A stretch of DNA of 64,000 nt from a virus (Duplodnaviria > Caudoviricetes). Positions 37,266 through 46,844 of this stretch are shown here, piece after piece. The stretch lies in the IMG/VR virus record IMGVR_UViG_3300026194_000310, positions 6,125 through 70,124 of that record; one strand, 5' to 3'. A program made the position numbers and the translations under genes. The stretch's first letter is position 1. Each line of letters starts with the position of its first letter. The notes under the pieces were generated by a model. The model worked only from the letters and a program-made list of their open reading frames with translations, was not told the origin of the DNA and did not search any database.

Positions 37266-38602
37266 AGTGCCTCCTTCTTTCGTGGCCGGGTGCGCTCACT
37301 TTGCTGTGGCTGTTCCGGCTCTTGTTTTGATTCTTCTGTTTCATCTGGCTCCTCCTGTCCCTGAGACGAGGCTGCAAAAATGCCTGCGTCCTTGAGCTTG
37401 GTCATGTTGCCGTTTATAAGATACAGGTCGCCGCCTTCCTCCTCCGGGATACGGTCGAGATTTTCCAGCTCCCTGATATCGTTAGCGCTCATCCAGCCGT
37501 TCTGGCGTCCGGTCGCATAGCCGTTCATGCGGCTCTGGTAATCTCCGCGAAGCAGGCCGTCCACATTGAACTTGAAGAAGTATTCCTTCTTCTCGTCCAT
37601 AGACAAAAGCGCCCGCTGCATGGACTGTTCCCAGCGGCAGACCCACGGGTCGAGCGTGTATTTCACGAACTCCAGCGACTGCTGCTCGATGTTGGAAAAG
37701 CTCGATTTCTCAAGGTCGCCGATCATATGAGGCGGGATGCGGAAGATACGAGCGATCTCATTGATCTGGAACTTCCGCGTCTCCAAGAACTGCGCCTGCT
37801 CCGGTGAAATGGAGATGGGCGTGTATTTCATGCCCTCCTCAAGAACCGCCACCTTGTTTGCATTGGCGCTGCCGCCGAAGGCTGAGTTCCAGCTTTCCCT
37901 GACACGCTCCGGGTCTTTTATCACACCGGGATGCTCCAAGATGCCGCCGGGCGTCGCGCCGTTAGCGAAGAACTTAGCTCCGTATTCCTCACAGGCAATC
38001 GCCATGCCGATAGCGTTCTTTGCCATCGCAATCGGGCTGTAGCCCATCAGGCCGTCAAAGCCAAGGCCGGGAATATGGAGCACATCGCTTGGAGAGAGCC
38101 TGACGCGGCTGCCATCCATCGTGTGCGCCTCATCCTGCGAGGTCTGATATTCGTAGTAGAGGTGACCGTCTGCGTCGCGGTCAACCGTCATGCGGTTTGG
38201 CATAAGCGGATAGAGAGCCACGACCTCGCCCTTGCCATTTCGGATGATCTGCGCGTAGGCGTTTCCCCACAGCAAAAGGTGCGTCATCAGCGTTTCCCGA
38301 AAGACAAAGGATGTCATTTCCGGGTTTGGCTCATCATGCAATAGGAAGTAGAGCGGATGAGTGGTCGCTTTTTCCTTGCCGCCGCTGCCGTCGTACCGGT
38401 ACAGGTGAACGGGCAGGCCAGCAATCGCCTCGGATAGAATCCGAACGCAGGAGTAGACCGCCGTCATCTGCATGGCGGAGCGTTCCGTTACAGCTTTGCC
38501 GGAGGTCGTGCCGCCGAAGAAGAAGCGGTAGGAGCTTCCGGAGGTGGAATCCGTAGGCTTATCCCTTGAACGGAATAGTCCTGAAAATATACTCATAGCC
38601 AC
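37262..38602 (-). CDS. Portal protein (HK97 family)
   Basis: AVYSCVRILSEAIA, LLWGNAYA, IARIFRIPP. Confidence 0.9.
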   Translation of the reverse strand: MAMSIFSGLFRSRDKPTDSTSGSSYRFFFGGTTSGKAVTERSAMQMTAVYSCVRILSEAIAGLPVHLYRYDGSGGKEKATTHPLYFLLHDEPNPEMTSFVFRETLMTHLLLWGNAYAQIIRNGKGEVVALYPLMPNRMTVDRDADGHLYYEYQTSQDEAHTMDGSRVRLSPSDVLHIPGLGFDGLMGYSPIAMAKNAIGMAIACEEYGAKFFANGATPGGILEHPGVIKDPERVRESWNSAFGGSANANKVAVLEEGMKYTPISISPEQAQFLETRKFQINEIARIFRIPPHMIGDLEKSSFSNIEQQSLEFVKYTLDPWVCRWEQSMQRALLSMDEKKEYFFKFNVDGLLRGDYQSRMNGYATGRQNGWMSANDIRELENLDRIPEEEGGDLYLINGNMTKLKDAGIFAASSQGQEEPDETEESKQEPEQPQQSERTRPRKKEAL

Positions 38603-38674
38603 ACCTCCATTTCGTTAAAGGCCTCCTGAATAAGCAGGAAGCCGATCAGTGAAAGTATCAACATTGTCTTGTCC

Positions 38675-40282
38675 TCATATAAAAAGGATGCCTCTGTCGT
38701 CGTACACAGAAGCACCATTGTCGTTGCCGCATCTGATTGCCCGGTCAAGCGCCATGATGGTGGCAATCGCGCCGTCGATCTTCTCCGTGGACTTTTCCTT
38801 GTCGGCCTTGATGTTTCCGGCAGGGTCGGTGCGGATGAAGATGTTATCCATGTTCCAGCGGAGCACCGGATGGCCGCCGTGGGCGAGCTTCTTTTCCAGC
38901 GTCAGCTTCATGAGCTCCTTCGTAGGAGGACTCATATCCTTAAAGCCCTGTCCGAAGGGCACGACCGTAAAGCCCATGCCCTCCAAGTTCTGTACCATCT
39001 GGACAGCTCCCCACCGGTCGAAGGCGATCTCGCGGATGTTGAAGCGCTCGCCAAGCCGCTCGATGAACTTCTCGATATAGCCATAATGGATGACGTTGCC
39101 CTCGGTGGTCTCCAGATATCCTTCTTTCTCCCAAGTGTCGTAAGGCACATGGTCACGCCGGACGCGGAGGTCGAGCGTATCCTCCGGTACCCAGAAGTAC
39201 GGGAGGATCACATACTTGTCGTCCTCGTCCCTTGGCGGGAATACCAGCACAAAGGACGTGATGTCCGTGGTGGAGGACAGGTCAAGGCCGCCGTAGCAGA
39301 CACGGCCTTCAAGATCGTCCTCATTGACCGGAAAGGCGCAGGCGTCCCATTTATCCATTGGCATCCAGCGGATGGCCTGCTTTACCCATTGATTAAGGCG
39401 CAGCTGCCTGAAGGAATTCTCCTCGCCGGGATTCTGCTTTGCAGACTCGCAGGCGGCCTCGACTTTATCGATGCCGACCGTGATACCGAGGGAGGGATTT
39501 GCCTTTTTCCAGACCTCCGGGTCTGTCCAATCCTCGTCAGGCTCTGCGCCGTATATGACCGGATAGAAGGTAGGATCAATCTTTCTGCCGTCCAGAATGT
39601 CCTGCGCTTTCTGGTGGACTTCATAGCAGATGGTGTTCGTATCATTTCCGGCAGTGGTGATGAGAAAATACAGCGGCTGCATTCTGGCATCGCCGGAGCC
39701 CTTGGTCATAACATCAAAGAGCTTTCGGTTCGGCTGGGTGTGCAGCTCATCAAATACCACGCCGTGGATGTTAAAGCCGTGCTTTGAGTAGGCTTCAGCA
39801 GAGAGTACCTGATAGAAGCTGTTGGTCGGCTCATAGATGATCCGCTTCTGGGAGGCCAGTATCTTCACGCGCCGGTTTAGCGCCGGACACATTCTGACCA
39901 TGTCAGCAGCAACATCAAAAACGATGGTGGCCTGTTGTCGGTCAGCAGCGCAGCCATAGACCTCGGCACGTTCCTCGCCGTCACCGCAGCAGAGCAGAAG
40001 TGCAACTGCAGCGGCAAGCTCGGACTTTCCCATCTTTTTCGGGATTTCGATGTAGGCCGTATTGAACTGTCGGTAGCCGTTTTCCTTAATCACGCCGAAC
40101 AGGTCTCGGATGATTTTTTCCTGCCAGTCGATGAGCTCGAATGGCTTTCCTGCCCACGTTCCCTTGGTATGGCAGAGCTGCTCGATGAAGAGAACAGCGT
40201 AGTCTGCCATCTGCTTGCTATAGTGGGAAGTCTCTGCCATGAAGCGGGTCGGCTTATAGTTTTTCGGTTTTCGCATTGGCAT
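38675..40282 (-). CDS. terL: Terminase large subunit
   Basis: IPKKMGKS Walker A, VVFDELH Walker B, GLDLSST, KIDG. Confidence 0.92.
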   Translation of the reverse strand: MPMRKPKNYKPTRFMAETSHYSKQMADYAVLFIEQLCHTKGTWAGKPFELIDWQEKIIRDLFGVIKENGYRQFNTAYIEIPKKMGKSELAAAVALLLCCGDGEERAEVYGCAADRQQATIVFDVAADMVRMCPALNRRVKILASQKRIIYEPTNSFYQVLSAEAYSKHGFNIHGVVFDELHTQPNRKLFDVMTKGSGDARMQPLYFLITTAGNDTNTICYEVHQKAQDILDGRKIDPTFYPVIYGAEPDEDWTDPEVWKKANPSLGITVGIDKVEAACESAKQNPGEENSFRQLRLNQWVKQAIRWMPMDKWDACAFPVNEDDLEGRVCYGGLDLSSTTDITSFVLVFPPRDEDDKYVILPYFWVPEDTLDLRVRRDHVPYDTWEKEGYLETTEGNVIHYGYIEKFIERLGERFNIREIAFDRWGAVQMVQNLEGMGFTVVPFGQGFKDMSPPTKELMKLTLEKKLAHGGHPVLRWNMDNIFIRTDPAGNIKADKEKSTEKIDGAIATIMALDRAIRCGNDNGASVYDDRGILFI

Positions 40283-40414
40283 GGGTGCCGCCTCCTTTCA
40301 GGGCAAAATAAAAGACCGCCAGCCGACGTGTTCGGCATGCGATCCGGTATCAGTACGAGAGAAAGAGCCACGCGGCTCTTGCCTCCCGGAATATTCATTC
40401 TCAGGGTTTGGTGC

Positions 40415-40663
40415 TTAGTTGTAATCTACCAGCAGGATGCTGTAGGCAATCTCTGCTTCCTTGCAGGCGGGCTCCATGTCCCAGCCTCTGTCGTAGTTGC
40501 ATACGGTCTTGTCGTTGATCTTAAGTGTCAGCTTACTGGTCCTGCCGCCGTTAATGCCATATTCCTCGCTGGGCTCCTCGTAGTGCTTTACCCAGTAGTG
40601 GCAGATGGTGTACTTTGTCTTGTCGTTTGCATCCGGGATGCTGATGGTTCCTTCGCTCCACAT
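40415..40663 (-). CDS. Small conserved moron protein (DUF7678-like, from recall)
   Basis: MWSEGTI...YWVKHYEEPS...NYDRGWD. Confidence 0.6.
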   Translation of the reverse strand: MWSEGTISIPDANDKTKYTICHYWVKHYEEPSEEYGINGGRTSKLTLKINDKTVCNYDRGWDMEPACKEAEIAYSILLVDYN

Positions 40664-40667
40664 GGTC

Positions 40668-41033
40668 TTACGCCTCCTTTACCGTCATCTTGAAAGCCGG
40701 GATGAGGGCGTGCTCATCGCTTCCGAAGTGGGTGTAGCGTTCCTTGATCTTTACGATTCCGTCAAGCGTGCAGCCGAGCTCCTCGAACTTTGCGATGGTC
40801 TCGATCAGGCTTGAAAAGGTGGAGCTTATGGTGAATTCCTTGACTCCCAGCTTCCTGCAGTCCGCGAGGATCGTCTCGATGTCGTCGTCCCAGATGACCT
40901 CGGCGAAGTTCGGCAGGTCGTTTCCGGCTTCCTTGCTGTAAAGGTAGGCCTGTCCGAGCGGCCAGTGGCATCCGATCTCGTCCCATTTCATTCCGGGCTT
41001 TGCGTTCTCAATGGCTTCAATTGTGTACTTCAT
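40668..41033 (-). CDS. Conserved moron protein (DUF7698-like, from recall)
   Basis: GVKEFTISSTFSSLIE; own upstream promoter motif. Confidence 0.6.
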   Translation of the reverse strand: MKYTIEAIENAKPGMKWDEIGCHWPLGQAYLYSKEAGNDLPNFAEVIWDDDIETILADCRKLGVKEFTISSTFSSLIETIAKFEELGCTLDGIVKIKERYTHFGSDEHALIPAFKMTVKEA

Positions 41034-41072
41034 GGTGGTTTCCTCCTTGTTCTGTGTTCCTTTTGGTATGTA

Positions 41073-41104
41073 CATATATCACTCTGAACGCCTTATATAG
41101 CAAC
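41073..41104 (-). promoter_or_regulatory. Repeated promoter-like motif (AGAGTGAT core), copy 2
   Basis: catatatcactctgaacgccttatatagcaac. Confidence 0.6.
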
Positions 41105-41164
41105 TCAATTCTCGAAATATATGTGACAATCCTGCGGGAATATCCGGCGGGCAAATTGTGTAGT

Positions 41165-41341
41165 TTACTCGTCGCCGTGGAGGATGAAGTTCACGTATTC
41201 TTTCCGGTGATCCGCAAGGTATAAAACCAGCTCGTAGAAGTCTCTCTCATAGGCCAGTCGCTGCACGGAGTTTACATCAAACATATTTGTAAGGCCGGTA
41301 TCCCGGATGGCGAGGATCTGTTCCTTTACCTTTTCATCCAT
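41165..41341 (-). CDS. DUF5049-like small protein missed by the ORF track
   Basis: Manual translation MDEKVKEQILAIRDTGLTNMFDVNSVQRLAYERDFYELV. Confidence 0.7.
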   Translation of the reverse strand: MDEKVKEQILAIRDTGLTNMFDVNSVQRLAYERDFYELVLYLADHRKEYVNFILHGDE

Positions 41342-41342
41342 T

Positions 41343-41567
41343 TTAGTTCTCCACCTTTTTTACACGGTCGACGCCGTAGATGACATTCAGGCCGGAGCCG
41401 TTATCCCAGTCAACCATAAGGCTGCCGGTATCGTCGACTCCCGTAACGGTTCCCTTGGTGCCGGTAGGCAGAGCCTGCACATCGTCCATCTGCAGGAGCT
41501 CCACGCGGGTGCCCGAAGGATACCGGGAACGGAGCGCTGTGAGCTCGTCTTTTGTGATCATTCGCAT
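41343..41567 (-). CDS. DUF4314-like protein
   Basis: YPSGTRVEL...GTVTGVDDTGSLMVDWDNGSGL. Confidence 0.8.
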   Translation of the reverse strand: MRMITKDELTALRSRYPSGTRVELLQMDDVQALPTGTKGTVTGVDDTGSLMVDWDNGSGLNVIYGVDRVKKVEN

Positions 41568-42253
41568 GTTGCCACCTCCTTCTCCGGAACGCCGTTCTTC
41601 CAGCTGGAGTTGCCGGAGAGGTTTTGAAGGAGAATCTTGCGCTCGGCCTTGTACTCGTTTCCGATGAAGCCCAGCCGCAGGAGGAAGCAGCGGAATGCGT
41701 ATTTCTCATTCTCGACCGGCTTTTCGGTGGAGCTTATCCGTTTTAGATCCTTGCTCATCTTGCAGAGGGCTGCGATGAAGTGGGTGTAGGCCTTGATCGC
41801 TTCCGGCTCAGGCGTCTCAGTAAACCAAGGGAAGCTGACCTTGTCCTCCGTGACCTCTATGCCAAGGTCGCGGGTGCCGAGCGCCTTCTTAATCAGGCTG
41901 TCCTTGGCGGTGAGGAGGTTTGTGAGGTTTCCGACCGCCACCTTGTCAAGCGGCAGGCTTACCGTAAGGCCGGTGGCCTCGTCCGTATCCTCTGTGGTGG
42001 GTTCCTCGTCAGTGCTTTCGACATTCTCGGCCGTTTCAGCGGTGAAGCCGTCCGCGATCAGGCTGTGCATAATCCGCTCCAGTTTATCTGCGTCCTCGCA
42101 GGTGACGCCGCCTTCTTTGTCGACCGTGATGTCGCCGATCTCGTATGCACAGGTCGGCATGAACTTGTAGACCGCCTTGTCGCCAGTAAGGTTTGAGATT
42201 GCCTTTACCAGCGCTTTTCTGTCGTTTCCGGTTACGTTGTAGTTTGCTTTCAT
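41558..42253 (-). CDS. Conserved phage protein (often labelled virulence-related)
   Basis: ENEKYAFRCFLLRLGFIG...RKILLQNLSGNSSW. Confidence 0.7.
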   Translation of the reverse strand: MKANYNVTGNDRKALVKAISNLTGDKAVYKFMPTCAYEIGDITVDKEGGVTCEDADKLERIMHSLIADGFTAETAENVESTDEEPTTEDTDEATGLTVSLPLDKVAVGNLTNLLTAKDSLIKKALGTRDLGIEVTEDKVSFPWFTETPEPEAIKAYTHFIAALCKMSKDLKRISSTEKPVENEKYAFRCFLLRLGFIGNEYKAERKILLQNLSGNSSWKNGVPEKEVATCE

Positions 42254-42305
42254 GAGTGTGTCCTCCTTTGAAAATGTGGTTGTTTGCTGTGCCTTTCGGC
42301 ATGTA

Positions 42306-42338
42306 TATACATCACTCTGAAAGCCTTATTTATCAAGC
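42306..42338 (-). promoter_or_regulatory. Repeated promoter-like motif (AGAGTGAT core), copy 3
   Basis: tatacatcactctgaaagccttatttatcaagc. Confidence 0.6.
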
Positions 42339-42396
42339 GATTTCCCTTAATTTTGCGGGGAGAAAATCGCCAAAGAATCCGGGTGGAAATTGTGTA

Positions 42397-43662
42397 CTAT
42401 ACACCCGCTGTAGGACTGGTTTCGACTTCCTTTGCCAGAGCGGTATAGAGGAGCTTTTCGCCGTTCCTTATTACATACACATTCTCTTCATCTCCGGTAT
42501 CCTCCACATAGCGCCGGAGGATGACAGAGGCGTATTTTGGATCAAGTTCCATCATGTAGCAGATACGGTTCAGCTGCTCGCAGGCCATAAGGGTGGAACC
42601 GGAACCGCCGAAGGTATCAATGACCAGAGAGTTCTCCTGCGTGGAGTTCTGGATAGGATAACCCAGAAGATCCAGAGGCTTGCTGGTCGGGTGATCCTTG
42701 TTGCGTTTTGGCTTATCGTAGTTCCAGATGGTTGTCTGCTTGCGGTCGGAATACCACGGGTGCTTGCCGTTCTGCAAAAATCCGTAGAGCACCGGCTCAT
42801 GCTGCCACTGATAATCAGAACGACCGAGTACGAGAGAGTTCTTTACCCAAATGCACACACCGGCGAGGTGGAAGCCCGCGTCAATGAATGCTTTTCTAAA
42901 GGTGAGACCTTCGGTATCCGCGTGAAAGCAGTAGGCGGCTCCGCCTTTTTCGAGGTGGTCGGCCATGTTCTTAAAAGCCGCCAGCAGGAATTTATAAAAC
43001 TCCTCGCCCTTTAAGCTGTCATTCTGGATTGTGAGACCATCCGAGGCTTTGAAGGATACGCCATAGGGCGGATCGGTCAGGACGAGGTTTGCCTTTTTGC
43101 CGTCCATGAGCTTTTTCACATCCTCCGGAGAGGTGGCGTCGCCGCACATGACGCGGTGCTTGCCGACTGTCCAGATGTCGCCGGGCTCCACAAAGGAAGC
43201 CTTCTCCAAAGCAGCAGTCAGGTCGAAGTCATCATCTGCGATATCCTTTTCATTTCCGGTGCCGAGCAGCTTATCCAGCTCACCGGCATCAAAGCCGAGG
43301 AGCGAGAGGTCAAAGGACTGATCCTGCAGGTCGGATAATTCGACCGACAGCATTTCCTCATCCCATCCGGCATTGAGCGCCAGCTGGTTGTCCGCGAGGA
43401 TATATGCACGCTTCTGAGCTTCTGTCAGGTTTTCTGCAAAGACACAGGGCACGGTTTCATAGCCTTCCTCGCGGGCAGCGGTAATGCGTCCGTGTCCGAC
43501 GAGGATGTTATAGTCTGCGTCAATGACGGCAGGACTCACAAAGCCGAACTCCCTAAGAGAAGCTCTGAGCTGCGCAATCTGTTCCTTGCTATGCGTTCTT
43601 GCATTTCTGGCGTAGGGTACCAGCTTTTCGATAGGTACCTGTTCCAATTTCTGTGTGTTCAT
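42397..43662 (-). CDS. ParB-like domain fused to an N6/N4 DNA methyltransferase
   Basis: LVPYARNARTHS...GHGR ParB domain; TDPPY, HPTSKP, DTFGGSGST. Confidence 0.88.
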   Translation of the reverse strand: MNTQKLEQVPIEKLVPYARNARTHSKEQIAQLRASLREFGFVSPAVIDADYNILVGHGRITAAREEGYETVPCVFAENLTEAQKRAYILADNQLALNAGWDEEMLSVELSDLQDQSFDLSLLGFDAGELDKLLGTGNEKDIADDDFDLTAALEKASFVEPGDIWTVGKHRVMCGDATSPEDVKKLMDGKKANLVLTDPPYGVSFKASDGLTIQNDSLKGEEFYKFLLAAFKNMADHLEKGGAAYCFHADTEGLTFRKAFIDAGFHLAGVCIWVKNSLVLGRSDYQWQHEPVLYGFLQNGKHPWYSDRKQTTIWNYDKPKRNKDHPTSKPLDLLGYPIQNSTQENSLVIDTFGGSGSTLMACEQLNRICYMMELDPKYASVILRRYVEDTGDEENVYVIRNGEKLLYTALAKEVETSPTAGV

Positions 43663-44217
43663 TTATCGCATCTCCCTTCTGGCACGGAGCAGGCGCTCCA
43701 TTACATCATCCTGTGGTGTGTTGCCGTTGTAATCGGTCAGGCAGTTTTCCTTGACGATCTGGTAAATCTGATACCAGAGCTGATTGGTTTGCTTCATATA
43801 GTTCTGGGACATGGTCACGAACGGGGAAGCTATCGGATTTCCGCTGGTTGGGTGCTTTGAAAGCATCGAGTAGCGGGAAATCGCGTGTTCACACTGAATC
43901 CATCTGGCCACGCTCATAGCGTATTGGTCTATCAGCTGTCGGTTGACGAGCTTCTCGCATTTGAGCGAGGCGAGCCATTCCCATGTCTCCTTGAAAACGT
44001 CGGCGGCACAAAGCTCTATGCCGTTCTGTTGCTTTTCGAGCATATAATCACGAGGGTCAGGAGCATCCTCACCTTCGATGTCAGGCGGCTCCGGCAGATC
44101 CATTATCTTGAGGGCTCTGCCGCCGGGATTACCTGCGTCGAGCTTTTCCTTTATTCCTTTTGCTGGTCGGCCTTGACCGAACCGTTGACCGCCTCTGGCG
44201 GTACCATCCTTAGCCAT
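43663..44217 (-). CDS. terS: Terminase small subunit (P27-like)
   Basis: MAKDGTARGG...GRP, YAMSVARWIQCE, DDVMERLL. Confidence 0.8.
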   Translation of the reverse strand: MAKDGTARGGQRFGQGRPAKGIKEKLDAGNPGGRALKIMDLPEPPDIEGEDAPDPRDYMLEKQQNGIELCAADVFKETWEWLASLKCEKLVNRQLIDQYAMSVARWIQCEHAISRYSMLSKHPTSGNPIASPFVTMSQNYMKQTNQLWYQIYQIVKENCLTDYNGNTPQDDVMERLLRARREMR

Positions 44218-44331
44218 AAAAATCACTTCCTTATCGTTGAGAGGGTTTATTCCCTCTTTGTTTTCGCTTTTTTTGCGTAAAAGAGGCCGCACCGTTTTCC
44301 GGGCAAAAGGTTCGTAGAGATTCTGACCGCC

Positions 44332-44679
44332 CTACCGGTCGCCGCGCTCGCGGTGTATCTTCTCGTGACACGAACGACAAAGGCTCATGAGATTCGACTC
44401 ATCATTGCTGCCGCCTTCTGCAAGAGGAATGATGTGGTGGACTTCCTCCACGGCGACGTAGCGTCCTTCCTTTAAGCACTGCTCGCAGAGGGGATGCTTG
44501 TGGACGTAACGGTCACGGATTCGTTTCCAAGCTCTGCCGTAGCGTTTGCCGGGAGAGTAGCCGCGCTGGAACTTCTCGTAGTGCTGTTCCATCTGCTTGG
44601 CGTGCTCCTCGCAGTAAACACCGTCGGTCAGGTTCGGGCAGCCGGGAAAGCGGCACGGTCTTTTTGGTTTTCTTGGCAT
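44332..44679 (-). CDS. Packaging-associated HNH endonuclease
   Basis: PLCEQC...EEVHHIIPL...NLMSLCRSCH. Confidence 0.88.
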   Translation of the reverse strand: MPRKPKRPCRFPGCPNLTDGVYCEEHAKQMEQHYEKFQRGYSPGKRYGRAWKRIRDRYVHKHPLCEQCLKEGRYVAVEEVHHIIPLAEGGSNDESNLMSLCRSCHEKIHRERGDR

Positions 44680-44785
44680 AAGCCGCGCCTCCTTTCAGGG
44701 CATAAAGAAAGCCCTGCAGGATAATCCCGCAAGGCTTGTGTGCTGCGCGTGCAGCGGTATCTTTATTCTTTTCGCTGATTATATA

Positions 44786-44828
44786 CTATCATAATGGGCG
44801 GGTGGACATCTTAGGACAAAGTAGGACA
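44786..44828 (-). promoter_or_regulatory. Probable late promoter with three TGTCC activator repeats
   Basis: GGACA at 44804, 44814 and 44824 (10-bp period), then TAGTATATAAT on the minus strand, just downstream of the activator gene. Confidence 0.55.
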
Positions 44829-44841
44829 TTTCGGGCGCTTT

Positions 44842-45270
44842 TCAAATTACAATCGGATCGTCCGGGAGTGCGGCATGGATCAGTGCTTTGCCGTGCCAGC
44901 GCCGGATCGTCCTCGCGTCAGCACAAAGCTCCACGCCGATCTGCTCCCACGTAAGCCCGTGGATGTAGCGATACTTCAATACCATGCGTTCGTCCGTGTC
45001 CGGGACTGCCTCGATGACTTCCCGGATCTGCTTTTTGAGGTCTGAAAGCATCTCAAGCTCACGGGCGATTTTCTGCTCCAGCTCCCAGAGCTTCTCAAGC
45101 GTCCGGACAAATGGCGCGTCCGTATTCCTCGATGTTTGCACGCGGTCTTTATCATATTGGATTGCCGACACGCTGCCTGCCATTTCACGTAGGTTTTGTG
45201 CTTCCATCGTGTCGGACTTGATTCTCTGATCAAGGCGGTAGGCCTGATGGAGATATTCCTTTACTGTCAT
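44842..45270 (-). CDS. DUF1492/RinA-like late transcription activator
   Basis: MTVKEYLHQAYRLDQRI...VLKYRYIHGLTWEQIG...RRWHGKAL. Confidence 0.75.
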   Translation of the reverse strand: MTVKEYLHQAYRLDQRIKSDTMEAQNLREMAGSVSAIQYDKDRVQTSRNTDAPFVRTLEKLWELEQKIARELEMLSDLKKQIREVIEAVPDTDERMVLKYRYIHGLTWEQIGVELCADARTIRRWHGKALIHAALPDDPIVI

Positions 45271-45494
45271 AGGCGTTTTGCCTCCTCTCGTAGTTTGTTT
45301 ATCAGGTACTCGCCATCCACGCTCGTCAAGGTCTTGTACCAGCCGGATCGGAAGAACCGTTCACACTCCATCGCATCCGACATGGCGGCTTTGTTGCTGG
45401 GCTTCTTTTTCAGGCGCTTCAGGGCATCCCGGTAGTCCTTTACGGCCTGCAGCACGATTGCGTTGGCGAGATTTTCATAAGGATCAAGCATCAC
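45267..45494 (-). CDS. Conserved hypothetical phage protein
   Basis: DPYENLANAIVLQAVKDYR...ERFFRSGW. Confidence 0.7.
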   Translation of the reverse strand: MMLDPYENLANAIVLQAVKDYRDALKRLKKKPSNKAAMSDAMECERFFRSGWYKTLTSVDGEYLINKLREEAKRL

Positions 45495-46844
45495 ACCACC
45501 TCTGCTTTGACGGCATCGATCAGTGCGGCCTGCGTCATTTCCTTTTTGACCAGTGCTTTCATGATCCTCTCGTCGATGGTGCCCTTAGTGATGATGTGCT
45601 GGATCACCACAGTCCGGGATTCTTGGCCTTGCCTCCAGAGGCGGGCGTTCGTCTGCTGATATAGCTCCAGCGACCATGTGAGGCCGAACCACACAAGGGT
45701 GGAGCCTCCGGACTGAAGGTTGAGGCCATGACCGGCAGAGGCCGGATGGATGACTGCTACAGGAATCTTTCCCGCATTCCAGTCAGCGATATCTTGGCTT
45801 GTCTTGATCTCCCGGACATTGAAACGGTTCTTAATACGGGAGAGGTCATGCCGGAACCAGTAGGCCACCAGCAGCGGCTTTTCGTTAGCGGCCTCGATAA
45901 TATCCTCCAGAGCGTCCAGCTTCCGGTCGTGGAAGGAGATGATCTCGCCGGTATCGGCATAAATGGCACCGTTTGCCAGCTGGCAGAGCTTACCGGTCAG
46001 GGATGCTGCATTGGCTGCGGTTACTTCACCGTCAGGGAGCTGCAGGATGAATTCCTGCTTCAGATCCTCATACCGGTCACGCTCGGACTCGGATAATTGC
46101 ACCTCATAGGCCGTAGAAACCAACTCCGGCATCTTCAGGTGGTCGGTGGATTTCATGGAAATCGTGATATCCGAAATTTTCCGGTAAATGGCATCCTCTG
46201 CATAAGGCATTGGTTTGTAGGAGTAGATGATTTCGCCGTTACGCTTGTCCGGCATGAAGTAATTTGTCCGGTACTGCGTGATAAAGCGTCCAAGGCGCTC
46301 ACCCATATCCAGAACCTTGAACTCTGCCCACAGATCCATGAGACCGTTGGAAGAAGGGGTGCCGGTGAGCCCGATAATTCGATGGAGCTTCGGTCTTACC
46401 TTCATCAGGGACTTGAAGCGCTTGGATTTGTGATTTTTGAAGGATGACAGCTCGTCGATGATCACCATATCGAAGTCGAAGGGAATGCCGGAGCTGTCAA
46501 TGAGCCACTGCAGGTTTTCGCGGTTGATGATCGTGATATCTGCTCTCTGCATAAGTGCAGCTTTTCGCTCCTTCGGTGTCCCGACTGCGACCGCATAGGT
46601 CAGACCGCTAAGGTGCTGCCATTTCTGAATCTCCGCAGGCCAAGTATCTCGTGCGACTCTTAAGGGAGCCACTACAAGCACGCGCCGTACTTCGAAGCTG
46701 TCAAACAGCAGGTCATATACGGCAGAAAGAGTAATCACTGTTTTGCCCTCAACCTAAGCCCATATCAAGCAGGACAGCAGCTACGGGATTCTTCTCGATG
46801 TAAGAAATCGCGTATTTCTGATAATCATGCGGTATGAACTTCAT
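45491..46844 (-). CDS. SNF2-family helicase split by a 7-nt insertion at Walker A (pseudogene or recoded gene)
   Basis: 46749-46844 encodes MKFIPHDYQ...LLDMGLG*; after TGAGGGC the frame resumes with KTVITL...VIIDELSSF...LTGTP...AGHGLNLQ...ARLWRQGQ. Confidence 0.8.

Noticed and set aside
41558-42253. Virulence factor
   Set aside because: The virulence-related label (like VapE for 1-1565) is a legacy annotation for common phage proteins; nothing in the sequence supports a role in virulence
46745-46751. Self-splicing group I/II intron in the helicase
   Set aside because: Seven nucleotides cannot form a ribozyme; kept only as a possible scar of a lost element
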